The position numbers and the translations under genes were made by a program. This document shows, in pieces, positions 31,757-44,428 of a DNA stretch of 64,000 bases; positions within the stretch are counted from its first letter, which is position 1; each line of letters opens with the position of its first letter. The notes under the pieces were generated by a model that was given only the letters and a program-made list of their open reading frames with translations, ran no database searches and was not told where the DNA came from. This DNA comes from Oculina patagonica (taxonomy: Eukaryota), in contig NC_135766.1 in NCBI RefSeq assembly GCF_052425735.1, positions 19,778,001 to 19,842,000 on the forward strand, given 5' to 3'.

Positions 31757-32070
31757 AAATGTGGACGGTTCAAAGCTGGTTCAAAGGTGGAATGCGACTT
31801 CCAATTCAGGCAGATGTGCATCAAAAGAGCTTTTAGTTGTAATTTAATCAAGTTCTTGGATTGTTAAAATCGAGGCATAGAGCTCTTAGATATTTGTTTA
31901 GGGAGCCCAGAGGCTTCTAGCTTTGAAATCCAGGGTGCACTGGTAAAAGGTTACAGTGGAATGCCAATTTCTTGTATCTCCATAGAAACCGAAAATGGGT
32001 TTGAGAAGTTAGCCAGGATTTTAAGGAATGGGGGATGGGTTGGGGGGGGGGGGGGGGGGGGGAATGTAGT

Positions 32071-32470
32071 CACAGCAGATTCAGGTTGAGTGTTTAATGG
32101 TCTCAGTTGTTGCAGTCATTGTCACGGTTGATTGATTGCATTGCAAGGCAAAATGACAGACATTGCTTGGCGGGAATGACAACGTTGTATGGGAAAAACA
32201 CGTTGGACATCACTCTTCCAGCGACTATTACTGGAGTTATTATTTTTGTAGAATAGTAGGAATATTCTATCTTGATTTCAATCACCATCATGAGATCCAA
32301 GACATAAATACCTGTTCCAGTTATAGTCGCTGGACGAGTGACAACGTGCTTTTTGCAAGACAGAACGTTGTCATTCTGGCTTGGCAGTGTCTGTCATTTT
32401 GCCTTGCCTTGCAATGTAATCAATCAATCGAACGCGACAACTGAAACCGTTAAACACCTAAATCCGCTGT
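32071..32470. mobile_element. MITE with ~120-bp imperfect TIRs, unit B only
   Basis: acagcagattcagg...gtttaatggtctcagttg / caactgaaaccgttaaacacctaaatccgctgt. Confidence 0.75.
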
Positions 32471-34539
32471 AAGTACAGAAAATCCGAGTGAATTGCAGTA
32501 TCTTTTGGGTCGAGTTATGGAGGGTTTAAGAAATCGGAATTTCACTGTGGTTGATCTTGCTTGTTTACCCTCAGCTTACCATTTATGCTGAGAGATGAAA
32601 CTGTCGCTGAAGAAGGAGATTGTACCATTTAATAATGTTCTTTGTAAATAACGCAATAAGTATATGCAGAAAGTAGTTCCTCTTAAGATCTGTAGTTTAA
32701 CAATGCAAGGAAAACTGTAGGAAGGGTGATATGAGAAGACCACTTCCTAACTTACATGTAGGTCGTCTGGATGAAAAAAATCTGTTTAATATTATCTTAC
32801 TCCTGACCAAAACCTTAAAAATACTGTTAATTAATTAGTTTTCTAGTTTCGCTTCCAGTAGACAGAATTGTTTGATGTTTTTTCTCCTTGGCTTCCACAC
32901 AATGTGAATATGTTGTTTAGCATAATACTGTACCTATACCATGTACAACTGAACGTTTCTTAAAAGTGCAAAATATTTATTGTAAACATTCCCCAAGCTT
33001 GGGACAAAAGGCATTTTAAGCATAGAATAATAGATTTTCATTCAGGAGATTTAATGAAAGTTTTAGCAGCGCAGGCCTTTATGTGAACTTGTAGATTAAG
33101 GCAGTCAATTGAATTTCTTTACAGCACCTAGAATATGAATAATATTTAGAACTAAAAATTTTAGAATGTACCACAATTAGTCATTTGCATTTATAGGAAC
33201 ACTAAATTTAGGTCTTTGACGTGTAAATAACTCAGTAAAACCAATAATTCTACATCTCTGGGTGTACATGTAAAATAATAATAATCTGCATATCAGATTT
33301 AGGCCAATAGTTACATGTTATTGAATTAGCTTAAAGATTTATGTTGCATTTAGACTAGCACCAAAATACGTTTAGAGTAAGCGTGTTTACACGACAGCTT
33401 TTTTTAAAAAACATGTTGTAATTGAATTAGAGCAGTTTTCAATGGAGTGTCGTAAAACCAAAAGCAAAGTAACTAGCTGTAATTACTCTGGCCAAATTCA
33501 CAAAGGACACCGACAATCCAGTGAACCAATCAAAACTCGAAGCAAATACATGAAGCCAGTACGAAGCGCGGGAAAACCTGCGCGAGAAAGATCCGATTGG
33601 TTTTGGTTTTAGGTCTGAATAGCTAAGAAAGTGGTACGAGAGTTTTAAACCAATCACGTAGCGTAGTAACGCAAAACCAAAGCAAACGCAATTCACTTTC
33701 GACACTCAGGTGAAAACCGCTCTATTCACATATTTGTTCTGTAATGTCTGCGGTTTTACGGCACCGGCACCAAATCGTTTTAATGGAACTTACATCTAAT
33801 GTAAACTAAACAATAACGCTTGAAATTGTTGTTGTCACTGGCTTCAACTTCCCTCTCAGCCGCCATGTTAAACGATTTTCGTCCTGTTTAGATCGAAACT
33901 ACCATGTAAGATTGTTTTACTCCTGCTCAAGATTAACTATTTTGATCATAAATGGTGCAATGTATCGATCGTTTGATGTAAACACTTTTCATAATATGAC
34001 ATGTTTCGTTCGCGATTTAACTAGACGTGTTTCGGTCTGGTCTGAACGCAATCTCGTTGCTAGAGCCTGCGTCCCGCTGGTAAAGTAAAATTGACAGCAC
34101 ATGTCTTGTCTTAAAGTAAACATTTAGAGTAATGGACAATTAGAATCGTGTTCTACGTCCCAATCAATTTTTATGGTGTTAGCGATCATCAAACCGTTAA
34201 ACAATGACAGTAGAATCTCTTATTCTCTGACCTCCAAGAAAAACGAAAATTGGTTCGAGAAATCGAGAGTTTAAGAAATCGAAAGTCCACTGTACAATTT
34301 AGAATATATTTCCTCGTCAATACCCAAGAAAGATCACTGTACCGCCATTAGCTACATTTTAATTGTGCACTTGTACAAAGTAGATCAATAAATCGTGTTA
34401 AATGCTTATCATTTTTAAGTCGTTGTACAGTTTCATTTTATTGGCATAACGCCAGCATTTGTAACTCAGAAAAGTGGCTAGGAAAATCACCCGAAGGGCG
34501 CAGGTGTGCAAAGCAGGGTTAACAGGGTTGCCATAGGCC

Positions 34540-35554
34540 TAGCCTGTTCCAGGCGTTCGGATAGTTGGGAAGCGCGAAAAAAAATAAGGGGAAGGGGGGC
34601 GGGGAGGAGCGCTTCCCAACTTAACCCTTTAAGTCCTAGCCACGCATATGTGCGTGGAAAATACCAGCAGTGATTGAAAAAACTCTAGCTTTTACATATC
34701 TGGGCACATGATAGTAATGACTGCTTTTTATGGCAAAGTGATAATTTTCATAGCTTTAAAAGCCAACTAACTGACTAAAACTCTTGATTTCTGTTGCATA
34801 TGGTTGTTTGTTCAGCAGCAAATCTGAAAATGCCCGTTTTCTACGTAACAGGACAACAACAAAAAACACACATCTTTGCCTCCATTTTTTTTAATGAAAA
34901 AATAATTCTGACTTCAAAAATATGCATTTGCAGCAAACTTCAACCCTATTCCCTTCCGTTCACCAAGGAAATTTCCCATCAATCATTCAGCAGACTCAGC
35001 AATTACTATTCGATTAGAGTTATGCTTGCAAACCTCCAATCCTGCCGGCAAAATGTTGCACCGATTGCATTCTTTGGAAGTCAGAACTCGTCCAAAATGC
35101 CTTGGCAGGTCTTGGAATCCACCCACAGAACGGCCAGAGAGACAACTTTACCAATGAACCGCCATCTTTCGATTCGAATATTTCTGGCGTTCCAATCAAG
35201 ACAAAATCATCTCTCACCTCTGGTTTCTTTCAGATGCTGGCCTCTACCCACCATTCTAGCTTAATGATGCCAGCCTGGGGGCTTCTGCAGTGGAAAATGA
35301 CTCGAAAAAACACTTATAAACGAAATATTCGCCAGATTCGAGCCCGTATGCTCGCTCAACAAGAAAGAAACGGTTGAACGCTGACGTCACAATGAAACTT
35401 TGAGCCCTCAGTGTTTTGAAACAGCACACATTTTTACTTGAGCTTCTTATATGCAATCACGAAATTCGACAGATTAGTTTAAGCCCAGAAAACTGCTTAA
35501 AAAATACCAGAACCTTAGGATTCTAAGGGTTAACCGAACGCCTGGAACAGGCTA
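34540..35554. mobile_element. Hairpin element with 9-bp TSD hosting a piggyBac-like insertion
   Basis: tagcctgttccaggcgttcgg / ccgaacgcctggaacaggcta; TSD ccataggcc at 34531-34539 and 35555-35563; empty site ccacaggtc in unit A (~23734). Confidence 0.9.
34625..35529. mobile_element. Non-autonomous piggyBac-like element
   Basis: TTAA|CCCTT...AAGGG|TTAA; imperfect 15-bp TIR. Confidence 0.85.
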
Positions 35555-36126
35555 CCATAGGCCAGGAAATGGTCAGGGAAACAACTTACATTCTTCAAGA
35601 TCAGGGAATTTTATTTTGAGTCAGGAAAAATTAACATTTTGACGAAAAGTCTGGGGAAATTGGAATATAACACTGGTGTTTTCGTACAATTGATTGGTTG
35701 AGGAACGATTTCAGGTCAATGTGATCTCAGCGATATGTTTTTTTTTCTTGGAAGCGGGGAATGGAGGCTGCTACAATATCTGACATTTTGTATTTATTTG
35801 ATCAGGGAATTAAAAACTTATGTCTGTGGCAACCATGGTTAAGCTAATCTTCAGATGAAGCTAGTTCTGTAAGAATTCTGTTTTCATTTGTGATTCCGAA
35901 AAACTCTGATTATAAGCCCCACATTTCAGACGCCAAGAAAAGCGACCTACCCCACACACGTACATTTTACCTTGCGGAATTCTTGTATGTACCTTTCAGA
36001 CCGATCATCCCTTTCGAATTTGTTTTTGAAAACGCAAAATTCCTGCCGAAAATACAACACTCCCTTTCCTATAGTAAGTCTCGTTCACCAAAAGGGGCTT
36101 CTGAACGAATATATGACCAGGGCTTG

Positions 36127-36473
36127 CAGGGCCGTAGCCAGAAAAAGATTGTGACTGAGGCAATGTCCATGGTTAAATTCTCTTCCTAGGTATTTACCAG
36201 CCTAGTCCCTAGGCATTCTCCTCCTCTCTCGGGCGAGCGCGAGGTCCACGTAAGAGCCTGGGAACGGGTTGGCGTGCCGGCCGGAGAACGCGTTCCCGCT
36301 CAGTGTCATTCGGTGACATCACGAAATTTCGCGCCAAATCGATAAGCGGGAAGGGAACGCTTGGGTACTAGGCTGGGTATTTACTTTCTCCTTCAAAAGA
36401 AAAGACAACAACAAAAACGATAAAAAAATGACTGAGGCAAGCGCCTCGGACTGCCTCAAAGTAAATACGGCCT
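36127..36473. mobile_element. hAT-like MITE with 8-bp TSD
   Basis: cagggccgta / tacggcct; TSD agggcttg at 36119-36126 and 36474-36481; single agggcttg in unit A (~24488). Confidence 0.85.
36198..36375. mobile_element. 178-bp element with 9-bp TSD nested in the hAT MITE
   Basis: cagcctagtccctag / ttgggtactaggctg; TSD ggtatttac at 36189-36197 and 36376-36384. Confidence 0.88.
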
Positions 36474-36663
36474 AGGGCTTGTAATTGGAATTCTAAAGTA
36501 TCTGTTTATGACGGAATCCACTAGGAAGCCTAACTGGGAAGTCGAGTAATATTTATTAAATTTGGACAAAAATCAAGTACCAGAATAATTTAAATCCTAT
36601 TGCGTTATTTCCTACCCTTAATAAAAGGTAAAGATGTAAGTAATTATCCGTGATAACACCAAC

Positions 36664-37098
36664 AACAATTTCTTATCAGAGTCTGTGAAAATGAATTTCA
36701 AAGTTCACAAGGTATAGGCAAAATCTCACGTGTAGCCATTTTGTAAATTCGTCTTAAGCGATTCAGTGGAATTCAGCGGAACTTCGAAATTTGTTTTCGA
36801 TGTTTGGTGTTGTTAGAAAAGATTTCTTTTGATAAGATATTTGAAGCAGTAACAAAAAAGTTTGCAATAAGGTGGAAATAATTCTGGTACAACAATTTCT
36901 TATCAGAGTCTGAGAAAATGATATTCAAAGTTCACAAACTATGGTCAAAAGCTCACATCTTTTAAGCGATTCATGGGAATTTAGTGGAACTTCGAAATTG
37001 GTTTTCGATGTTTGGTGTTGTTAGAAAAGATTTCTTTCGATAAGATATTTGAAGCAGTAACACAAAAGCTTGCAATCAGGTGTAAATAATTTTGGTAC
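36664..37098 (+). repeat. ~220-bp tandem duplication
   Basis: aacaatttcttatcagagtctg...tggtac at 36664 and 36891. Confidence 0.85.
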
Positions 37099-37521
37099 AT
37101 AATTTTGTCCAATAACTACTCGAAGTCCTGGCGGATTTCCTCTTATACCTATTAATATTTTTAATGGTTGACGCTCCAGAACAGTAACGCAAACGCTGGA
37201 ATAGTACCAATCAGCTTTCGAATAACCTGGAGAAATGCTTGGTAATCAAAGAATGACCGTAAACCTGATACGAAAGTCCAAAAACTTGTATAGAAGTTTT
37301 AACGTGCATTTTAAAATAATGTCGGTAGCATTTTAAGTGTTTAAATATATCCTACACCCTTAATATATCGATTGTACATACTAAAGTTTTTAAACATGTA
37401 CAACGATCGACAAGAATACTTTCCAATATCGGCAAGTTCTGTTTTTTTTGGGTACGTTTCATGATTTGATCAAAAGATCTCCTCACGATTGACTCAGATG
37501 AGCCAGATCCCTTGAATTTGG

Positions 37522-39063
37522 TGCGCCATTAGCAATTGTTCTCAGGGCTGGTAAGGATCGGTTTGCTTTGGCAAGCTTTTTGGAGGCGCTATTTTGGACC
37601 TTCGAAACTTCTTCTTCGTTCTGAGTCACCAAACCGGGTTCTGACCCAAGTTAGGACCTTCAAATCCACTTTGGATTGTGAACGTAAGTCGGCTTCGGGA
37701 AATCGCTATAGGGATGTTCCCCTTCGGGTGGCTTCCGTTGAGATTAATTCGCGTCCCGTTTACTGTATCTCCGGGACTGCCCTAGTGAAGTTCTTGTTGA
37801 CTTCATTGAGCAGTTGTCCACTTCGATTGGTTAGGTGCACCTTATCTCCCGCAGTTGTCACCAGTGTTTCCCAGGTCTTCACGATGGCAATCGCGTCATC
37901 AAACTTTCCATTACCAAGCTAGAACTTCCCTGGCTAGGTCACCATCGCCGGCTTCAAATGCCGTGTCTCATATCGCCACCAGCCCGCTTTTTGTGCCATT
38001 TGATAGAAGCTGGGCCACAGGAGCAAGGCCTGTCCTTGCGATGGTGTTTGCCGGCAGAATCGTCAACCTGGCCAACAGACAGAGAGAGTGCCGCAAAACG
38101 TGGGTCACTTCTTGCCCGGAACCTTCTGCTGCTTCGGCTGCCGCTGCTGCTGATGCTGCGCCTGGTACTCCTGATGTCTCCTCCGCTGTACCATCTAGCC
38201 CCGCCCCTGTGGAAGAGGAGATGTCTGACGTGGAGTAAGTTCCCTCTTCAGATGAGAAAGTAGATTTAGACACATTTTCAAGTTTGGATGAGATGCAGTC
38301 CGGGGGTAAGAAGATAATTGCTCCTTTGGCTCCGCACTCCCCGCGACGCAGGCGGAACCACAAACATGCCCTCGTGATCTGATTATAAGGATTTCTCCTG
38401 GGAGGAGGGTCCTTATCAGAGACTTTTACGTGCGTTCTTTTCGTGAGGTCCGGGAAGACAAGCTTACCTGAGTGGAAATCCGTGCCAGGAAGGTTTGTTA
38501 ACGGGCTTCTGTTGCCTCGCTAGCGCTAGAGCCATCTTCAACCCCTGTTTTGTTTTTCCATCGCTTCTTCTGTTCTTGAGTCTACACTGGGACTGTCCTG
38601 CCGTAACCAAACCACCCGACCTGATTAAAGTTTTACCGGACATCTCTCCTGCTCAGTTTTCTGCGAAAAAGTGTGGTGCTCCGACCTCTTGAGGAGTGTG
38701 GCCGGTGTTTCATTTTTCTTGCATTGTTATCACTTATGTTTTCTTGGTGAGGCCCTTTGTGCTCGGTGTCCTTAATTGGTCAACCGCCCAAGGGTTTCGT
38801 GTCCGTTTTGTTCTTAATGTTTAGAGGATTGTTTTGTTTTGTTTTTTGCCCTAAATTTTTGTGGAACCGGGGTTCAACACCCCGGCGAAGTGTGCGGTCT
38901 GGTGCTCCTCCGTTTTGCTGGATCCTCTCATAAGGCTTTGCACTCCTCCAGCCATTGAGTGGGATGAGACGTAATGTCCGAGGGCAATTTCAATCACCCT
39001 ACTGGCGGCGGCTCGTTCGACCAAATACAAAAAAAACTTAATCCAGAGGTGAAAATGGAACAT
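37522..39063 (+). mobile_element. Decayed L1/Tx1-clade non-LTR element: ORF1 (gag-like) relic, 3'UTR and oligo(A); no ORF2 seen
   Basis: Frameshifted translation FPGLHDGNRVIKLSI...GFKCRVSYRHQPAFCAI**KLGHRSKACP.DGVCRQ.RQPG...RECRKTW (tandem CCHC knuckles from ~37992), Ala/Pro/Ser-rich tail, A8 at 39029-39036. Confidence 0.75.
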
Positions 39064-39106
39064 TTTGGAAAAGTAATTTTCGGTACTGGCCCTGAATTCT
39101 GCCCCA

Positions 39107-40162
39107 TTAAACTTTTGTAGCCCAGTTGCCCACGATCGCCACCTCCCTGTTTAAGCCTCTTCTTCGAAAAGAGACTCCGGTCTGATCTCTTTTCCGCTGG
39201 CTACAGACAAGTATTGACTTGAGCGCCCGTCGGTATTGCGCTAGCCGCCAGGCATATATGAGTGGATCAAGGGCAAACTTGAGAAACAGAACATCGTTTG
39301 CAAATAAGGCCGCAATCTGAAGCTTGAGGGATTGAAACCGGCTTTTAGTATCCCAGTGAACAGCCAAATATGAGACAACTGCTGTTGGAACGGTGCAAGT
39401 AACGACAAACGTCAGCAAAAGAAGATTGACCACGGTAAACTGCCTTTCTCGCATGTTTCTTCTCCGTTGCTGCATTGCTAGAGTATGGTTTGTTTTCAGC
39501 GAATGCTGTCGCCTCATATCAGTAATATGCCCCCTGAATGTCTTGTACAAACAGAAATACGCGATGGCCAGAAGTAAAAGGCTACCAGTGGTGTGAAAGT
39601 ATAGATCGATTTTGTAAAGCGTGCTCTTTGCCACTTGCATCAGGGAAAGCAGGGCAAATGCCGTGGAGTAAAGCCATGATATGATTACACTTCCCAAAAC
39701 TCGCTTCTTTGTAATAAAAGACCTGTGCTTGTGTGGAAATCTTATGGCTGTAAACTGACTCCATGTGAAAAGCAACAAAATAATGTAGGAACTGTTCATG
39801 GTTACCACTGAAATGTAATGACCGACTTGCGCTGCCTGGAGTGTCCGTTGCAGCATCGAATTATCCCTGCTTTCCATAGCTAAATACAAAGCAATGTAAT
39901 ATAGGGCATACATCGGGCAAACCGTGAGCCCAGTAAGAAAATCCGCCACCGCTAATCCGACGACAAAGAATGAAACTGGCGTTCGAAATGTTTTAAAAGG
40001 GTCTTTCCAGATGGTGAGTAATAAAAATCCGTTTCCAAATGTTGTGACAATGGATACCACAGCTAAAAATATGCCAGAGGCGAAATCCACACGGTAGAAG
40101 GTTGTCTTTAGGTCTTTCCAGTCAGTTTTTGGATTCAACAAAAATTTTTCACTGAAATTCAT
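39107..40162 (-). CDS. Class A orphan GPCR, paralog 2, 351 aa
   Basis: Intact ORF with the same 7TM motifs as paralog 1. Confidence 0.93.
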   Translation of the reverse strand: MNFSEKFLLNPKTDWKDLKTTFYRVDFASGIFLAVVSIVTTFGNGFLLLTIWKDPFKTFRTPVSFFVVGLAVADFLTGLTVCPMYALYYIALYLAMESRDNSMLQRTLQAAQVGHYISVVTMNSSYIILLLFTWSQFTAIRFPHKHRSFITKKRVLGSVIISWLYSTAFALLSLMQVAKSTLYKIDLYFHTTGSLLLLAIAYFCLYKTFRGHITDMRRQHSLKTNHTLAMQQRRRNMRERQFTVVNLLLLTFVVTCTVPTAVVSYLAVHWDTKSRFQSLKLQIAALFANDVLFLKFALDPLIYAWRLAQYRRALKSILVCSQRKRDQTGVSFRRRGLNREVAIVGNWATKV

Positions 40163-40757
40163 TTTATCGATGAAGATTAAGCAACCCTCTTTTCGTCTCT
40201 TTTCCTGCGAGTGTTGTTGATCTATAATCGCGCCGACTGTAACGAAAATGATAAATCTGCCAACTGTAAAAATAAAATGGCAAAGTTAATTTGGAAATCT
40301 GACGTGGTGTACAGGTTTTGTGATTGTATATATTCGCCTTAATGTTTCTTTTTTTCACGAACCGATGCTTCTTTAACACACTTGAGGCCCCGCCTGCGGC
40401 ATATGAACAAATAATATGTACTCAAGTAGTGAGGCAAGGTTCTCTTCATATTTGAGAGGGAGTGGTCTATACTAAAAGCAATAAGAGCTATCTGTAAAAT
40501 TTAAATTTTAAGTAAATCATGACCATAAACCGTCTAAATTTTTTATGTAATTACTGGCGAGCGTTAGCGAGACAGCACATTACTCTTTTCAAAAAATCAA
40601 AAAATCCAAACTTTTCTCGGATGTAAGACTCGAAGCCTGCGCAGTAGAGTATTATCCGGGACAATTAAAACGACAATTACGCGCACATCACTCACACAAG
40701 TCGATGTTGATTGTGACGGTCTGTCTCACGTTTCATAATCGTTGTGAATCGTTTTGA

Positions 40758-41353
40758 TACCTTATTCTCACTTAATTTCGCGAGTACTAAATTTCGCGAT
40801 TTTCGCGATTTTGAAAAAATCGCGAAATTTAATACTCACGAAATATAGGACACGCGAAGTTTAAAATCGCGAAATTTAATATCGATATGATAATTTCAAA
40901 AAATAATGAAACTCGATGTGTTTTATCATGGTTATTCTAACATGTCTGAGCTTCACGTTTAGTGTTTTTTGTTTAATTTTGTCCATTAGTTATCTCCCAC
41001 TCTTTCAGTCGCACTGTTCGAACTGTTCTCTGCCGCCAAGTTCCTCAAAATCTCGCTCTTGCAGTCGTAGAGGAACCTATTAGGGATTTAGACTGTTGAA
41101 TACCTTATGTTTTGTTCTGTGTATATTGTTTTGTTTACTGTTTTTAACATGTTTTTTACGATGACTTTCATATTAATTATGTTGTTACAGTTTCGAGGTC
41201 AAAGCTTCATATTGAAGAAAAGATAAAAGTCGCGAAATTTAATACACTCCAATTACACCTTTCTCTCAAAATCGCGAAATTAAGTACTCGCGAAATATGG
41301 CTCTTGAATTTTCGCGAAATTAAGTACTCGCGAAATTTAGTGAGAATAAGTTA
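40758..41353. mobile_element. MITE (TACCTTATT termini, TTTCGCGA repeats); short relative at 55866-56094
   Basis: taccttattctcact / agtgagaataagtta; many cgcgaaatt motifs. Confidence 0.8.
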
Positions 41354-43444
41354 ACTTTAAAGAAACGCAATAATATTGCACGTGTCCTGAAGTGTCCTGA
41401 AAAAGATTAGTATCTCTATACTTTCGTAATATGCTGTTTCGATTTCACTTCTTACATCTTACAGATGCAGAGGTATCACTCTAGCCGTGACTCCCGGGCC
41501 GTGACGCAAAAACCGGCGAAAAGAACATTACGCTCTTGACGGCGCTTGTTTATTCCGTATATAATTGCCTTCGGTTGTCTAACAAACATTCCATCACACA
41601 TTGAACATTCTAGCAAGTATTTCAAGAGCCAACGTTATATTAGAGCAATGGCTACTAGTACTTACTTTGAAACATTTAACGTTTTGTTTCATTCCAAGCG
41701 GATTTCCTAAGCCCTTATTAGGGTAATTGTTTTCATGCAATAAAACTTAATCTTTCAATGCGACAATAGTTTCCTCGAACTGTAGGGCGTGGCCAATCAC
41801 GGGACCTACAAGCATTTTGGCTTGATTTGCATCAATTTCCGTTATTTTCTGACTTTCTTAGAAAATTGTGAAATCCAAGATGGCGGCTCTAATTACGTCA
41901 TATGACGTCGCAGCCAACAAAAATTTTGTCATCTTGCAAATAAGCTTAGGGTTTTCTACTCAGTGCAAAATAATTTCGTAGCGCCTTAATAGAACGAAAA
42001 CCCTGTGGAGGGTTTCCATCCATCCCCCTCCCCCTCCTTCTTGTACCATGGTGGGGTTATGAATTTACTTGTACGTCGACCGAGGGTTAAATCATTTGAG
42101 CATTTTTATGGTCTTTACCTCGCACTAAAGTGTGATTTTTAAAAATTGTCAGAAAATATGACAAAGAACCAGGCCTTAATGTATTTGAGTAGTTTGCGTC
42201 GAGGGCCGCTAATGGAACACATGTCAAATCGGCTAATGACGCTTTTCCTTTTGTCCTTGAAATACATGTTAGCCTTCTCGTTTGCGACGAAAAATGATGT
42301 GACACCATTTTCCCGCCATCTGTTTGTCAGTAGTTTTTACTGTTTGCCGTTACCCTCTTTTAATAAAGTTGATTGATTGATTGAGTGTCTTGTGGCCTTA
42401 AGCCGATTGTTTTGAAGATGGACATCTGCCGAGTTAAAGCGAAGATGCCTCGACCGATCGGAGCCAGCCTTATGATGCAAAGAATTCCAGCTGTTTCATA
42501 ATATAACAACCGATAAAATAAACGTAAATTAACAAGGATACAACGTGAATTGAAATTCTGTCCGCAGAAATTCTGTTTCTAAAGAAGTGACCTCTAACTG
42601 TAATGAATGCCATGAACGTCTTCGAGTTTTCTTTAAGGAAAATTTCGTATATATCGGAACCTTAATGTCTGAAAGGGTGATTATTTCTATAGATTCTTCC
42701 GTAATGAAAAACCAAAGTGTTTAACCTTAAAAAGAGGTAGAAAAGAAGCATTTTACCACCGTGCTTTTAACAAAGAAAACTTGTCATGAAAAGGCTCGAT
42801 AGCTTGAGCAAGAAATGCAAACACTACAAAAGGAACGTCAACTCTGAATCGAAAATAAAGCCCAAGCCGGGCCCATTTTACCTTTAACGAATGCTACAGC
42901 CAGTTTCTTGGAATCCCAAACACTTCTTTCTCAAAATGAGAAGTCGTGCCGCGAAATAAACGTCCCTTTCTCTGAAGACCAAGGATATAAGACAAGGACA
43001 TTGTTTGTTTGCTTTGAGTTAGAGCTAAGCCACGTGATCAATAATTAATGACATAATTTTCCTTTTTAAAAACCTAATAACAAGGAAAGCCTAACAGTAG
43101 ATCGCATGAGCGACAAGAGTGTTTAACGACCTTTAGGCAAACTAAAACAGCTGCATCTGTAGTCTTCTCCGTTATAAAACTGTTTAGTTGCTAGCTTTGA
43201 GATAATTGAAAGAAACATTGTTTACAGTTTGTACCAGAATCTGTTTTGCTTCTGGGTTTTATTCAAATGTCACAAGTTAATAAATACTATTTCACTATTA
43301 TTCTAAACTGACAACTGTCAAAGTTTAACCCGAACAAAATAATTTCTCAAAAGTAATTTCTAAAATTGTCATAGTTCTCAAACGTACCGTAACTTTGAAA
43401 TGGGCTATTAAGATGAGCCTTGTTTTCTGTCTAGTAAGAAAAAG

Positions 43445-44428
43445 TATAACTAGAAAATTCTCAACCTCGGATATTGCATTTCTAGCTGTCTGATTGGTTT
43501 ACTGAATCCCGGTTATCAGCTAATATACCTATGTTTGACCTTATATGGGAAATGAGTTCGGCAAGTGCGCTCAGCGTAAAATTTTCTGCGGGAAGCGACA
43601 GTTCCATCAAAAAATGGTTTTAAACAGCAAATTTGGCGAGCTTTATGAACAAGAAATAATTAGCCGTTCCTACAAAAACCACAGAAATGCCATAGTAAAT
43701 TTAACTACGCAAAACAAAAGGATAGATGCGAAAAGTTTAATTAATAATACTTTTAAACGCACAACAAGAGTCAAGAGCGAGTAAATAAAGTAGAGAAGCA
43801 GCAAATAATTTACGAAAGAACGGCAAACTGACACAGTTTCATTCAGTGTACGTCATAAAACTAGGCTCAGCACTTCAGTAAACATTTTTACCTTTCAATC
43901 TTGGTTTTGTCCTTTTATACTTTAATAAACCTGTTCCACTTTGAGCTCAATTTCGCTTCAAATAATATAGCAGTCTTGATGACAGCCGTTGAGCCGCAAA
44001 GAAGTACAATGTAAACACTTGCTTCGTTCGACTTGCACAAGACTTGTAGTTTCCAGAAAAGCTTTTGCTTCGGATCTTCTTGTAAATCTTAACTGTTGTC
44101 GCAATTCCAGGATATTTAGACGACTTTAGACGGGATTGTTCGAGAAAAATCTTGGGAAGAAAACTCTCTCGCTCGCTTTCCTCGTATGTTTCATTCAACT
44201 CAAGAAGTGAACACCGCGCCAGAAATTTTCGCGCCTCCTCATACTATCACTTCGTTTACATCAAAATGAAATGTCCAGTCGATTTAAACTTGAGAAGAAT
44301 TTAATAAAGCAATTATTCCATTCGCCCTTGTTGGATACGAGTCGTTTTAATTAGCCAACTCGGCGCTTCGCGCCTCGTTGGCTATTTACCACCTCGTATC
44401 CAACGCGGGCTCATGGAATAATTGTTAA
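43445..44428. mobile_element. ~1-kb TIR-less insertion with terminal hairpin, unit B only
   Basis: Absent at the homologous site near 30612; hairpin caattattccat...atggaataattg at ~44310-44424. Confidence 0.7.

Noticed and set aside
34794-35377. 156-aa and 91-aa ORFs as a piggyBac transposase
   Set aside because: No recognisable DDD motifs; the 905-bp element is too short to be autonomous.
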